Assembly: GCA_003555145.1 (NCBI GenBank)
Contig: PWID01000176.1
Span: forward strand, 1 to 50,185
Direction of reading: 5' to 3'
Source: Balneolia bacterium
GTDB lineage: Bacteria; Bacteroidota; Rhodothermia; Balneolales; Cyclonatronaceae
DNA: 50,185 nucleotides
Shown: positions 9,810 through 19,605 of the stretch, in pieces
How positions within the stretch are numbered: position 1 is the first letter of the stretch
Layout of the letters: each line of letters begins with the position of its first letter
Position numbers and translations under genes: made by a program
Notes under the pieces: generated by a model
Told to the model about the DNA's origin: nothing
Seen by the model: only the letters and a program-made list of their open reading frames with translations
The model's database searches: none

Positions 9810-11147
9810 ATGCAGATTAACGGATTATATACCGATTATTACGAACTCACTATGGCTCAGGCTTTTTTTCTGAGAAATAGACACCTGGAAGAAGCCACCT
9901 TCGATTACTTCTATCGTAAAGCTCCTTTTTCTGGCGCATATGTAATTTTTGCCGGCGCACAAACTCTTGCCGATACCTTATCTAATTTTGTTTTCGATAA
10001 TGAAGCCATCACCTTTTTGAAAAAACAGGGTTTTGACTCGTCGTTTCTTCAGTGGCTTTCGGATTTCAGCCTGGATGTTAGTATAAAGATGCCCCCTGAA
10101 GGCTCTATAGTTTTCCCCAACGAGCCAATAGCCGAAATACGCGGGCCGGTGTCACACTGCATGCTGCTGGAAACCATATTGCTAAATATTTTTAATTTTG
10201 AGTCGCTCATAGCCACAAAAGCATCACGAATGAAAAACGTGATGCTTCCCGGCCAAAAGCTTATCGATTTCGGGCTTCGCAGGGCCCAGGGTTTCTCCGG
10301 CCTTTATGCATCCCGAGCGGCTATAATCGGCGGTTGTGATACTTCCTCAAATGTACTTTCAGGTATGGTTCACAATCATCCGGTGGGAGGAACACATGCC
10401 CACTCCTGGATTCAAAGTTTTCCTACCGAGCTGGAGGCCTTTCAGGCGTACTCAGAAACATATCCGGATGCAACAACCCTGCTGGTTGATACCTACGATA
10501 CTTTGGAAAGTGGTATTCTTAATAGCATTAAAGTGGCAAAAGAATTAGAAAAGAAAGGCTGTCGGCTAAAGGCTGTAAGGTTAGACAGTGGCGACTTCAG
10601 GCAGCTTATTCCAAAAGTACGGACCAAACTGGATAAAGCCGGTCTTGAGTATGTGAAGATTATAGTTTCAGACAATATTGATGAATACAAAATAAATGAT
10701 CTCAACTCTGGTGAGGTAAAAGCTGATATTTTTGGGGTAGGAACCCGTTTAATTACCGGTTACGACAGCCCTGCGCTAAATGGTGTATATAAGATGAGCA
10801 GTCTGAATGGGGAACCCGTAATTAAACGATCTGATGACACTTCCAAGATTTCATTACCGGGTTCAAAGAAAGTTTACAGATTCATTAATAATGAACTGTT
10901 CTCTCACGATATTGTACAAACCTCATCAGAGGAAAAACCTAAAGACGCACACGAACTACACTCTGTTTTTTGGAAAGCCGGTGAACCTTATCCAAAAGAA
11001 AACCTGGATCAAATTAAATCAAGAGTAAAGCAACAAAAATTGAAACTTGCCCCATCCCTGTTACGTTTGGAAGAGTGTGGACAGTATAGCATAGAGATCA
11101 GTGCTCAGTTACAGATACTGCAAAAAGAAATGTTAAGCGGGATTTAA
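9810..11147 (+). CDS. pncB: Nicotinate phosphoribosyltransferase
   Basis: TDYYELTM, DFGLRRAQ, GTHAHSW, LVDTYD, VRLDSGD and FGVGT motifs. Confidence 0.95.
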   Translation: MQINGLYTDYYELTMAQAFFLRNRHLEEATFDYFYRKAPFSGAYVIFAGAQTLADTLSNFVFDNEAITFLKKQGFDSSFLQWLSDFSLDVSIKMPPEGSIVFPNEPIAEIRGPVSHCMLLETILLNIFNFESLIATKASRMKNVMLPGQKLIDFGLRRAQGFSGLYASRAAIIGGCDTSSNVLSGMVHNHPVGGTHAHSWIQSFPTELEAFQAYSETYPDATTLLVDTYDTLESGILNSIKVAKELEKKGCRLKAVRLDSGDFRQLIPKVRTKLDKAGLEYVKIIVSDNIDEYKINDLNSGEVKADIFGVGTRLITGYDSPALNGVYKMSSLNGEPVIKRSDDTSKISLPGSKKVYRFINNELFSHDIVQTSSEEKPKDAHELHSVFWKAGEPYPKENLDQIKSRVKQQKLKLAPSLLRLEECGQYSIEISAQLQILQKEMLSGI

Positions 11148-11188
11148 TACAGCGCTGACATAATAATTAAATAATTGATTGTGGATTT

Positions 11189-11734
11189 ATGAAAGCATTA
11201 TTAGTGGTAGACGTTCAAAATGATTTTTGTCCGGGGGGTGCTTTAGGGGCAAAGGATGGAAATAAAATAATACCGAAGATAAATAATCTCATTCAGGAAT
11301 TTGACCTTGTACTAGCCTCCAGGGACTGGCATCCTGAAGAAACGATACACTTCGACAGATGGCCTGTACACTGTGTTCGGGGCACTGAAGGCGCTGAGTT
11401 TCACCCTGAGTTAGCTAAACGAAATATTACTCAGGTTTTTGATAAAGGCACCGGTAATTTAGATGATGGGTATTCTGCCTTTGAAGCCACCAACGAGAAC
11501 CTAAATGAATTTCTAAAAAGCCATGATGTTGATGAGGTCTATATTTGTGGTCTCACTACCGAATACTGCGTGAAGTCTACGGCTATGGATGCCCTGAAAA
11601 ACGGCTACAAAACCTTCTTGTTCACCGATGCTATAGCCCCAGTTAATGCAGAGCCCGGTGATGAAGAAAAAGCTTTAGATGAATTACAGGAAGCAGGTGT
11701 TATTTTTCTGACTTCGAAAATCGTGCTTCGATAA
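11189..11734 (+). CDS. pncA: Nicotinamidase/pyrazinamidase
   Basis: VDVQNDF, DWH, WPVHC, KG, YSAF and EYCV motifs; adjacent to pncB. Confidence 0.94.
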   Translation: MKALLVVDVQNDFCPGGALGAKDGNKIIPKINNLIQEFDLVLASRDWHPEETIHFDRWPVHCVRGTEGAEFHPELAKRNITQVFDKGTGNLDDGYSAFEATNENLNEFLKSHDVDEVYICGLTTEYCVKSTAMDALKNGYKTFLFTDAIAPVNAEPGDEEKALDELQEAGVIFLTSKIVLR

Positions 11735-11736
11735 TA

Positions 11737-12843
11737 ATGACAGACAAAGACATCCTAATAATCGGGGCTGGTCTTGCAGGAAGCTTTACTGCCCTTGCTC
11801 TTTGTGAGCGGGGTTTCAAATGCAGAATGTTTCATACCCATTCTGATCACAAAAGCTCCGCATCTATGGTTCCGCTCGCCCTTTATAATCCCGCTGCGGC
11901 AATGCGCGCACGAAAAGGCTGGCAGGCTGAAACCTGTGCGTCTCACCTTGAAAAAGCCGTCCGGAAGCTTCTTGAATACGGGACGCCTAAGCACGCATTC
12001 TATGCAGACAATGGCGTGCTTCGACCGGCTCTCGACGAAAAAATGAAAAGATTTTTTTACGACTCTACTCAAAATGAAGACTGGCCAGAGAACTGGGTGA
12101 GCTGGATGGAGGCTGATGAATTAGAAAAACGTTTTCCTGAAGTGGAGCACTCATTTGGTGCTATTTATGTCTCTGCCGGCAAAACCTTCGATACTCCTGC
12201 CCTGCTAAAGCAACTTCATGGTTTGCTTGAAAAAGAGTACAACTGTATCATCCAGGACGAAAAGGTGCATAGCCTTAAAAGAAGTGATGAGCAATGGAAT
12301 GCTACCACAAATAAATCAACATATTCTTCAAATAAAGTTCTTCTTGCGGCCGGAAGCGGAAGCTTTGAATTAATAGATTTATCGAATCAGAAGCACCATC
12401 AGGTTAAGGGGCAGGCTATCGAAATTGAGAAGCCTGTTACAAAGGATAATTACCCGTCTGTCTCTTCAAAAGGCTACATCGCAATGCTAAACAATAAAGC
12501 TGTTATTGGAAGTACGTATGAGCATCATTTTGACAATCTTGATTCAACAGAAAAAGGTATTGAAATCCTTAAGAATAAGCTAACCAGGACATTTACCAAT
12601 ACGGGGAATGGTGCCCCCGAAGTAAAATCCAGCTGGGCTGGTATCAGGATTACAACACCGGATAGAATGCCGCTTCTTGGTGAACTACCCGGCGAGGATG
12701 GCCTTTACTTATCAATCGGATTCGGTTCGAAAGGGTTGATGTACTCTCCTTATTGCGGAGAATTACTGGCAGCTCATATCCAGGATGGGCGTGATCTTCC
12801 GTTCGAAGTATCCCTTAAGCGTCAATTGCCGCCCTCCGATTGA
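11737..12843 (+). CDS. FAD-dependent oxidoreductase, DAO family (glycine oxidase / MnmC oxidase domain-like)
   Basis: GAGLAG, VKGQ, IGSTYE, RITTPDRMPLLG and GFGSKG motifs. Confidence 0.85.
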   Translation: MTDKDILIIGAGLAGSFTALALCERGFKCRMFHTHSDHKSSASMVPLALYNPAAAMRARKGWQAETCASHLEKAVRKLLEYGTPKHAFYADNGVLRPALDEKMKRFFYDSTQNEDWPENWVSWMEADELEKRFPEVEHSFGAIYVSAGKTFDTPALLKQLHGLLEKEYNCIIQDEKVHSLKRSDEQWNATTNKSTYSSNKVLLAAGSGSFELIDLSNQKHHQVKGQAIEIEKPVTKDNYPSVSSKGYIAMLNNKAVIGSTYEHHFDNLDSTEKGIEILKNKLTRTFTNTGNGAPEVKSSWAGIRITTPDRMPLLGELPGEDGLYLSIGFGSKGLMYSPYCGELLAAHIQDGRDLPFEVSLKRQLPPSD

Positions 12844-13184
12844 TTGGACTCCCTGTTAAACTGCTCCTCAGCCGGGCTGAAATCAGCTGGCGGAGCGGTT
12901 TCCTGCATTTGTCTGTTTTCGAAAAACTGAATTCCAGTATCCATATCACGGACAATACGGCCATCGGGTGTTATGCGCTCGCCCTCTCTCGGAGCACGCT
13001 GCGGGAACTGATGCACGCTTACGTTTCGATCGTAGTAGTTGGGTACATAGTGATTATGATCTCCGTGAGGAACTATGAAATAGCCCGGATCTTCCTGAAA
13101 AACATTGTTGGAAGCCAGTATTATAAAAAAGCTAAAAACAAGTGCAAATACGATAAAAAATACTTTCCTTTTATTGAAGCTCAT
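12822..13184 (-). CDS. Small membrane-anchored protein with one histidine-triad (HxxHxH) motif
   Basis: Start moved to MSFNKRK; basic N-terminus, one hydrophobic helix, then GYFIVPHGDHNHYVP. Confidence 0.75.
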   Translation of the reverse strand: MSFNKRKVFFIVFALVFSFFIILASNNVFQEDPGYFIVPHGDHNHYVPNYYDRNVSVHQFPQRAPREGERITPDGRIVRDMDTGIQFFENRQMQETAPPADFSPAEEQFNRESNQSEGGN

Positions 13185-13353
13185 AAACGTTGAAGCAAAT
13201 AGTATATAGCTGAGCGAAAGCAACTCGTTCGGGTAGAACGTGTTTTGCTATCGGTTTTTTTAAGAAATTGACTGAGGCATAATTTACGAAAATTACTGCC
13301 GTATGTCATATCTCACCACCGCGTTAACGATAAATTATTCTGTCTATTTTATT

Positions 13354-14409
13354 ATGCCATCTTCCAAACTTCTTATTTACGGCTCATACGGTTACACTGG
13401 TAAACTAATAGTCGATGAATGTCTGCGCAGAGGGATTAAACCAGTATTAGCCGGTCGTAATGGGACCAAACTAAAAGAACAGGCTGTTACGCATGAGCTT
13501 GAATACAGAGCGTTTCCTCTGGATATTGTTTCCACAGTAGCTGGTAAACTTGTTGATATTGATGCAGTTCTTCATTGTGCGGGGCCATTTATTCATACAG
13601 CAGAGGTGATGTCTGAAGCCTGCCTTGGAAGCGGGACACACTATCTGGATATAACCGGTGAGATTGAAGTATTTGAGATGATGGCATCTAAAAGCGGCAA
13701 AGCTAAAGCCGCGGGAATTGTACTGTTACCTGGAGTGGGTTTCGATGTGGTTCCGTCTGACTGTCTTGCCCGCCATGCTTCCGAACAGATGCCCGATGCT
13801 CGATTCCTTAAGCTCTTTATCTCTTTTAATGGCACATTTTCAGCAGGTACAGCTGCTACTGCTATAGAACATTTTGCAAAAGGCGGCTCGGTTCGAAAAG
13901 GTGGCGCCATTACAAAGGTGGAGCCAGGCTGGAAAACGGAGGAAGTTAATTTCATAAGCTATACTGGTCTTACTGTAACTATCCCATGGGGTGACGTGTC
14001 CACAGCTTACTATAGCACGGGAATAGCCGATATTGAAGTGTACATGAGATTACCCAAAAAAGCCATTAAGCGCATGAAAATTGGAAGGTTTCTGCAGCCG
14101 CTTACCAGGCTGGCATTTGTACGTAACTATTTGAAGAAAAAAGTGAGACGTATGGGAGATGGCCCGGATGCCTCAGAAAGGAAAAAGGGAGAAACCCGGG
14201 TTTTGTCTACGGTTACAGATGATGCAGGTAACAGCAGGTCTTTTCTGCAAATCTCACCTGAGGGCTACACTCTTACCGCCAGAACAGCCACTGACTGTGC
14301 CTTAAGGGTGATGAATGGAGAGGCAAATAACGGATTCCAAACGCCGTCCCTGGCATTCGGAAGTGATTACATTATGGACTTTGAAGGCGTGAGCCGGCAA
14401 TCAGTTTGA
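13354..14409 (+). CDS. Saccharopine dehydrogenase-like NAD(P)-binding oxidoreductase
   Basis: YGSYGYTG, LAGRN, HCAGPF, HYLDITGE, GFDVVPSD and GFQTP motifs; start moved to MPSSKLL. Confidence 0.9.
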   Translation: MPSSKLLIYGSYGYTGKLIVDECLRRGIKPVLAGRNGTKLKEQAVTHELEYRAFPLDIVSTVAGKLVDIDAVLHCAGPFIHTAEVMSEACLGSGTHYLDITGEIEVFEMMASKSGKAKAAGIVLLPGVGFDVVPSDCLARHASEQMPDARFLKLFISFNGTFSAGTAATAIEHFAKGGSVRKGGAITKVEPGWKTEEVNFISYTGLTVTIPWGDVSTAYYSTGIADIEVYMRLPKKAIKRMKIGRFLQPLTRLAFVRNYLKKKVRRMGDGPDASERKKGETRVLSTVTDDAGNSRSFLQISPEGYTLTARTATDCALRVMNGEANNGFQTPSLAFGSDYIMDFEGVSRQSV

Positions 14410-14790
14410 TTGGGCTTCAGATGCCATCACCTTTGAAAAGAACTCTTCTGCTGCAGCTCCTCCTTCGGAAGGAATCGGCTGTACTTTGGTTACTTCGGCT
14501 TTGGTGAGGGGTTTGTATAAATGAGGAAAGACCTCTCCTCTGCCGGTAAGGTCTTCAACTTTCAGGGCACCAAACGAAACTGTATTTAACCGGATTGTAA
14601 GCAAAACGAGACCAGTCTGGCCTTCGTAGTATCTGCTGTAAGTTGCTGCTAGCTGAGTCGCAAACGAAAGATGGATAAAACCTTCTGATTCAAACCCAGT
14701 AGGAATGTATACCCCTTGTTCTGATGCTTGCCATTCTTCCTGTATTGCAATGTGATAAAAAAGGCGGGAGGAATTTATCAGGCCAGACAT
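14401..14790 (-). CDS. DUF952 family protein
   Basis: YHI, EGFIHLS and FPHLY motifs. Confidence 0.9.
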   Translation of the reverse strand: MSGLINSSRLFYHIAIQEEWQASEQGVYIPTGFESEGFIHLSFATQLAATYSRYYEGQTGLVLLTIRLNTVSFGALKVEDLTGRGEVFPHLYKPLTKAEVTKVQPIPSEGGAAAEEFFSKVMASEAQSN

Positions 14791-15422
14791 CAGAAGCTTC
14801 CTCGTTTATCCATCAGGTATTTGTTAAGAAGCTCTCTGGCACGGAAAATATGTGCTTTTACCGTTCCCAATGGCAACTCCATAATTTCAGATATTTCCTG
14901 GTAACTTTTATCATCCATATGGCGAAGCTTAATGATAACCGAATATTTGCCGGGTAGAGAATCGATGGCGGCAAGTAATATATTTTCACGCTGCTTTTGA
15001 ATAATCTCCCGATCTGCTTCGCTTTCTTTATCGGGCAGCTCAATCTTCATATCGCCATCTTTTGCTCTAACCGGCTCATCAATAGAGAGCGTTTGCATCT
15101 TCTTCTTGCGCAGGTAGTCTATTGAATGATTTGTGGCAATACGATAAAGCCAGGTCGAAAAAGCGTACGTTGTGTCGAAACTATGGATATTATCAAAGGC
15201 TTTAAGGAACGCTTCCTGCACCAGGTCTTCGATCATTTCCTTGTCTCGCACAATCCTGGAAATATGAAAATGGAGGGGTACACGATACTTCTCCATGAGT
15301 CGTGTAAAGGCATGCTGTTGGTTCAGTTTTGCCTCTTCGACAAGAGAATAGTCTTCCTGTCGATTCTGTAATGATCGCTTTTCCTGTTGCGTATCGCTAT
15401 TGTTTAAGCTTTGGCCGGACAT
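14790..15422 (-). CDS. ECF RNA polymerase sigma factor (SigW/RpoE-like)
   Basis: EDLVQEAF, FSTWLYRIATN, SYQEISEIMELPLGTVKAHIFRAR; start moved to MSGQS. Confidence 0.95.
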   Translation of the reverse strand: MSGQSLNNSDTQQEKRSLQNRQEDYSLVEEAKLNQQHAFTRLMEKYRVPLHFHISRIVRDKEMIEDLVQEAFLKAFDNIHSFDTTYAFSTWLYRIATNHSIDYLRKKKMQTLSIDEPVRAKDGDMKIELPDKESEADREIIQKQRENILLAAIDSLPGKYSVIIKLRHMDDKSYQEISEIMELPLGTVKAHIFRARELLNKYLMDKRGSF

Positions 15423-15627
15423 GTAAGATTTGAGCGGGAAATCGGAGTTATCAATACAATTGGGTTGGTAATTTAAGAAAATCATTTCATACTATTTACT
15501 TGTATTCTGGCTTCTTAAGCCAGCAGGGTAATTTACCCTTTGAATGTAAATCATCATTATAAGAACAAGCGTTTCTTGCGTATTTTAGGGCATAAATTTC
15601 AAACCATCATTTAAATAATTTTTCGTT

Positions 15628-17298
15628 TTGAGCGATCAGAAAATCATTTTTTCAATGGTTGGGGTGAGCAAGGTTCACAAACCCAACCGGACAGTACTAA
15701 AAGACATTTACCTCTCCTTTTTCTATGGCGCAAAGATTGGCGTTTTAGGTCTTAATGGCGCAGGAAAGTCTACACTGCTTCGTATTATAGCAGGCGAAGA
15801 CAAAGATTATCTTGGTGATATAAGCATACAGAAAGGCATAACTTTTGGTTACCTGCCACAAGAGCCCGTGCTTGATCCGGAAAAAACCGTTAAGGAAATT
15901 GTACAGGAAGGAGCACAGGAGACTGTCGACCTTCTAAGACAATATGAAGAAGTTAACGCAGCCTTCGGAGATCCTGATGCAGATTTTGATGCCCTTATCG
16001 CCAAACAGGCAAAACTGCAGGATAGAATTGATCAGACTGAAGCCTGGGATTTAGACAGCAAGCTGGAACAGGCCATGGGTGCACTAAATACCCCTCCCGG
16101 CGATCAAAAAATCGGCGTTCTTTCCGGTGGTGAAAAGCGCCGTGTAGCACTATGCCGGCTGCTCCTTAAAAAACCGGATGTCCTTCTTCTCGATGAGCCT
16201 ACTAACCATCTCGATGCGGAATCGGTATCTTGGCTCGAACAGCATCTTGCCCGCTATGAAGGAACCGTAATCGCCGTTACTCACGATCGCTATTTCCTCG
16301 ACAACGTTGCCGGATGGATCCTTGAACTGGATCGCGGCGAGGGTATCCCCTTTAAAGGTAACTACAGCTCATGGCTGGAGCAGAAGTCCAGCCGTTTAGA
16401 ACAGGAAGAGAAAACCGAATCTCAGCGCCAAAAGTCTCTCAAAAAAGAGCTGGAGTGGATCAGGCAGAATCCTAAAGGCCGACGCAGTAAGAATAAGGCT
16501 CGTATAACATCCTACGAAAACATGCTCTCAGAAGAGCAGGAAAAGCGCCGTGAGGATATGGAGATTTTTATTCCAGCCGGTCCGCGTCTTGGAGACAAAG
16601 TTATTGTGGCCGAAAAGCTGACGAAAGGTTTTGATGACCGCGTTTTATTCAAAGATCTGGATTTCAGTCTGCCACCGGGCGGTATTGTGGGCGTTATTGG
16701 TCCGAATGGTGCCGGTAAGTCTACCCTCTTTAAAATGATTGTTGGTGAGGAAAAGCCAGACAGTGGCCAGCTCGTTTTGGGTGATACGGTAAAGCTTGGC
16801 TACATCGATCAAAACAGACCATTGGATCCGGATAAAAGCATCTGGGAAGAAATATCGGGCGGAAACGATATTCTCCAGCTTGGAAACCGTGAAGTGAACT
16901 CTCGAGCATACGTGGCACGTTTTAATTTTAGCGGCAGCGATCAGCAGAAAAAGAATACAGAGCTTTCGGGCGGCGAGCGCAACCGCGTTCACCTTGCCAA
17001 AATGTTAAAGGAAGGTGCTAATGTTCTTCTGCTTGATGAGCCAACTAACGATCTCGACGTTAACACTCTTCGTGCACTTGAAGATGCTTTACTCGAATTT
17101 GCCGGTTGTGCCGTGGTTATTTCTCACGACAGATGGTTCCTGGATCGTATAGCAACCCATATTTTGGCTTTTGAAGGAAATGGTGACGTGTACTGGTTCG
17201 AAGGAAACTTTGAGGAATACGAAGAAAGCAAGAGACGCAGGCTTGGTATTTCCGACGACCAGCCCACACACGTACATTACAAAAAACTCACCCGCTGA
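15628..17298 (+). CDS. ettA: Energy-dependent translational throttle protein (ABC-F ATPase)
   Basis: LSFFYGAKIGVLGLNGAGKS, two ABC cassettes, ELEWIRQ linker and WILELDRGEGIP; TTG start. Confidence 0.96.
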   Translation: MSDQKIIFSMVGVSKVHKPNRTVLKDIYLSFFYGAKIGVLGLNGAGKSTLLRIIAGEDKDYLGDISIQKGITFGYLPQEPVLDPEKTVKEIVQEGAQETVDLLRQYEEVNAAFGDPDADFDALIAKQAKLQDRIDQTEAWDLDSKLEQAMGALNTPPGDQKIGVLSGGEKRRVALCRLLLKKPDVLLLDEPTNHLDAESVSWLEQHLARYEGTVIAVTHDRYFLDNVAGWILELDRGEGIPFKGNYSSWLEQKSSRLEQEEKTESQRQKSLKKELEWIRQNPKGRRSKNKARITSYENMLSEEQEKRREDMEIFIPAGPRLGDKVIVAEKLTKGFDDRVLFKDLDFSLPPGGIVGVIGPNGAGKSTLFKMIVGEEKPDSGQLVLGDTVKLGYIDQNRPLDPDKSIWEEISGGNDILQLGNREVNSRAYVARFNFSGSDQQKKNTELSGGERNRVHLAKMLKEGANVLLLDEPTNDLDVNTLRALEDALLEFAGCAVVISHDRWFLDRIATHILAFEGNGDVYWFEGNFEEYEESKRRRLGISDDQPTHVHYKKLTR

Positions 17299-17299
17299 T

Positions 17300-17746
17300 A
17301 TGAAGCTTAAAGAATTTGCATCACAAATTAACAATCTGGAAGAACAAAAAAAGCCCATATGGGGCAAGATGACACCTCAGCATATGGTTGAACATCTAAC
17401 CTCTACGTTCAGGCTGGCAACCGGGCAGGTAAAAGTTCCGGTTTACACTCCTGCCAATCAGCTTGCATCCATGCGTAGATTTCTCATGAGCGACAGGCCT
17501 ATTCCGAGAGAAGTTGTCAGCCCGGCAGTAGGCTCAGAATTACCGAAACTAAAAAATGATTCTTTTGAGGAGGCTATATCTGAGTTCTGGAAAGAATTCG
17601 GCAAATTCGAGTCTTATTACGAAGAAAACCCCGATGCTAAACAGATTAACCCCGCTTTTGGCGAATTAACCCGGGAAGAGTGGACTCAATTCATGAAAAA
17701 GCACATGACTCATCATTTCGAGCAGTTCGGACTGATCCCGGCCTGA
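17300..17746 (+). CDS. DinB/DUF1569-like protein
   Basis: WGKMTPQHMVEH, NPAFGEL and KHMTHHFEQFG motifs; ATG lies 1 nt after the ettA stop. Confidence 0.85.
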   Translation: MKLKEFASQINNLEEQKKPIWGKMTPQHMVEHLTSTFRLATGQVKVPVYTPANQLASMRRFLMSDRPIPREVVSPAVGSELPKLKNDSFEEAISEFWKEFGKFESYYEENPDAKQINPAFGELTREEWTQFMKKHMTHHFEQFGLIPA

Positions 17747-17773
17747 TTACACATCTGAAAGAAAGGCAGTATT

Positions 17774-18718
17774 ATGAATAAATCGCAGCTAACGGAGGAG
17801 GTCAGGCGGGAGGCCGAACGACTTGGTTTCGAAGGCTGTGGTTTTTCTCAGGCGGGCTTTTTGGAGGATGAAGCTATCCGGCTCGAGCAATGGCTCAAAA
17901 GCCAGAAGCATGGAGAAATGGGCTGGATGGAAAACCATTTCGATAAACGGGTTGATCCCACCAAGCTCGTTCCGGGGGCCAAGAGTGTGGTAAGCGTTCT
18001 ATGCAGCTATCATCAGCCTGAGATGGCTTCATCACACATAGCCGATGAAGATAATCCCAAAATATCGAAATATGCCCTGGGCGAGGATTACCATTTTGTG
18101 CTTAAAGATAAGCTTTTTCAGCTTTTCGAGTTTACCAAACAATTGAACGGTGGACTTGAGGGTCGCGTCTTTGTAGACTCTGCTCCGGTAATGGACAAAG
18201 CATGGGCCGTTAAGTCTGGGCTGGGCTGGATGGGTAAGAATTCTAATATCCTTAACCGTACGCACGGATCATGGTTTTTCCTTGGTGAAATGATTGTAGA
18301 TGTGCCCTTCGATTACGATTCGCCCGTTACCGACCACTGCGGCAGCTGCACCCGCTGTATTGATGCCTGCCCTACTGATGCCATCACAGAACCTTATCAG
18401 GTAGATGGAAGTAAATGCATATCGTATTTCACAATTGAACTGCGGGATGAGATTCCATCTGAGTATCACGACAAGCTTGGAAACTGGATTTTCGGATGCG
18501 ATATCTGCCAGGACGTATGTCCGTGGAACCGGAAGGCCAAGCCGGGAAGTGAAGAGCGATTATTTGCCAGAGAGCCGCTTCTCAGCCAGAATCTGGAATA
18601 CTGGGAAGAATTAGATCTGATGGAATTCAGGAAGATGTTCAAAAAAAATCCGGTGAAACGCACGAAGTTCGATGGTCTGAAAAGAAATGTGGATGCCATC
18701 AAAAAGAACATCACATAA
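17774..18718 (+). CDS. queG: Epoxyqueuosine reductase
   Basis: DYH, VDSAPV, CGSCTRCIDACPT, CISY and GCDICQDVCPWN motifs. Confidence 0.96.
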   Translation: MNKSQLTEEVRREAERLGFEGCGFSQAGFLEDEAIRLEQWLKSQKHGEMGWMENHFDKRVDPTKLVPGAKSVVSVLCSYHQPEMASSHIADEDNPKISKYALGEDYHFVLKDKLFQLFEFTKQLNGGLEGRVFVDSAPVMDKAWAVKSGLGWMGKNSNILNRTHGSWFFLGEMIVDVPFDYDSPVTDHCGSCTRCIDACPTDAITEPYQVDGSKCISYFTIELRDEIPSEYHDKLGNWIFGCDICQDVCPWNRKAKPGSEERLFAREPLLSQNLEYWEELDLMEFRKMFKKNPVKRTKFDGLKRNVDAIKKNIT

Positions 18719-18755
18719 AAATGGCTTTGCCTGAGATGCAGACAAAGCCATTTTT
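18717..18755. terminator. Bidirectional terminator
   Basis: AAAATGGCTTTG...CAAAGCCATTTT inverted repeat between convergent genes. Confidence 0.88.
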
Positions 18756-18765
18756 ATCTTAATTA

Positions 18766-19500
18766 TCAGCTAGCTTGTGGTACCAGGCTGGAATGTCCGA
18801 AAACACGCCTTAATAAATCGGTTGTACGCTTCACGGGGTCCTGTCTTATAGCTTTTTCCTCTTCTTCCAGAAGCAGAAAAAGTCCATCGGTTGCGTGTGT
18901 GGTCGTGTAACGGGCCAGGTCGGTTTCTACTGGCTGGACAAAGGGAATCCTGTTGTACTGCGTAACGATGTCGTTCCAGTAGCGTGTGGCAGCCGTATTG
19001 TCGAGTGCTTGTTGGACTACAGGGCGAAACAAGTTTTGCAGTTCATCTGTTGTTGTACGACGGAAGTATTCTGTAGCGGCATTATCTTCGCCCCGTAAAA
19101 TCTCGAAACCATCCTGGATGGTCATTTGAGTAATTGCAGAACGGAACACAGGTGCTGCCTGAGCAGCAGCCTCTTCGGCAGAACGATTAAGCGTACGGAC
19201 GAAATCGTCTACAAGGGCATTCATTCCAAGGTCTCTAAGCGTACGTTCTACACGCTGCGCTTCAGGTGGGAATGCAATGAACAGACTTGGATTATCCAGA
19301 AAGCCACCGGTTTGTGACGCATCCGAGGCTGCACGAACTGCACCAATTTCCAGGGCTTCCTTTAAAGCAGAAACAACCTCCTGCTCTCCAAGCGGCCTTT
19401 CCCCTCCTGCTGATTCCATGAATTCAGAGAGTTCGGCACAGGAAAGTAATAGAAAAAAAGAAGTTAAGCTTATTACAGCTAGTTTTGATAATTGGTTCAT
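18766..19500 (-). CDS. DUF4197 family lipoprotein
   Basis: Lipobox LLSC; LKEALEIG, LNRSAEEA, AATEYF, DGLF and EEKAIRQDP motifs. Confidence 0.92.
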   Translation of the reverse strand: MNQLSKLAVISLTSFFLLLSCAELSEFMESAGGERPLGEQEVVSALKEALEIGAVRAASDASQTGGFLDNPSLFIAFPPEAQRVERTLRDLGMNALVDDFVRTLNRSAEEAAAQAAPVFRSAITQMTIQDGFEILRGEDNAATEYFRRTTTDELQNLFRPVVQQALDNTAATRYWNDIVTQYNRIPFVQPVETDLARYTTTHATDGLFLLLEEEEKAIRQDPVKRTTDLLRRVFGHSSLVPQAS

Positions 19501-19543
19501 TCGGAATTCATTAAGAGAAAGGACATACTGTTTTTGTGAAGGG

Positions 19544-19551
19544 CGAATATA
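19544..19551 (-). promoter_or_regulatory. Candidate -7 promoter box for the DUF4197 gene
   Basis: TATATTCG(C), ~45 nt upstream of the ATG. Confidence 0.4.
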
Positions 19552-19605
19552 GCATCTTTATTTCAGAAGCTCATCTCAAGTGGCGAGAAAAGTTAATTCT
19601 GCTTA

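Noticed and set aside
12840-13193. 117-aa + strand ORF
   Set aside because: Antisense shadow of the histidine-triad protein, which has a TM helix and a recognisable motif.
17171-17299. N-terminal extension of the DinB-like ORF into ettA, suggesting a frameshift fusion
   Set aside because: EttA ends normally and a good ATG lies 1 nt after its stop; ordinary translational coupling explains it.
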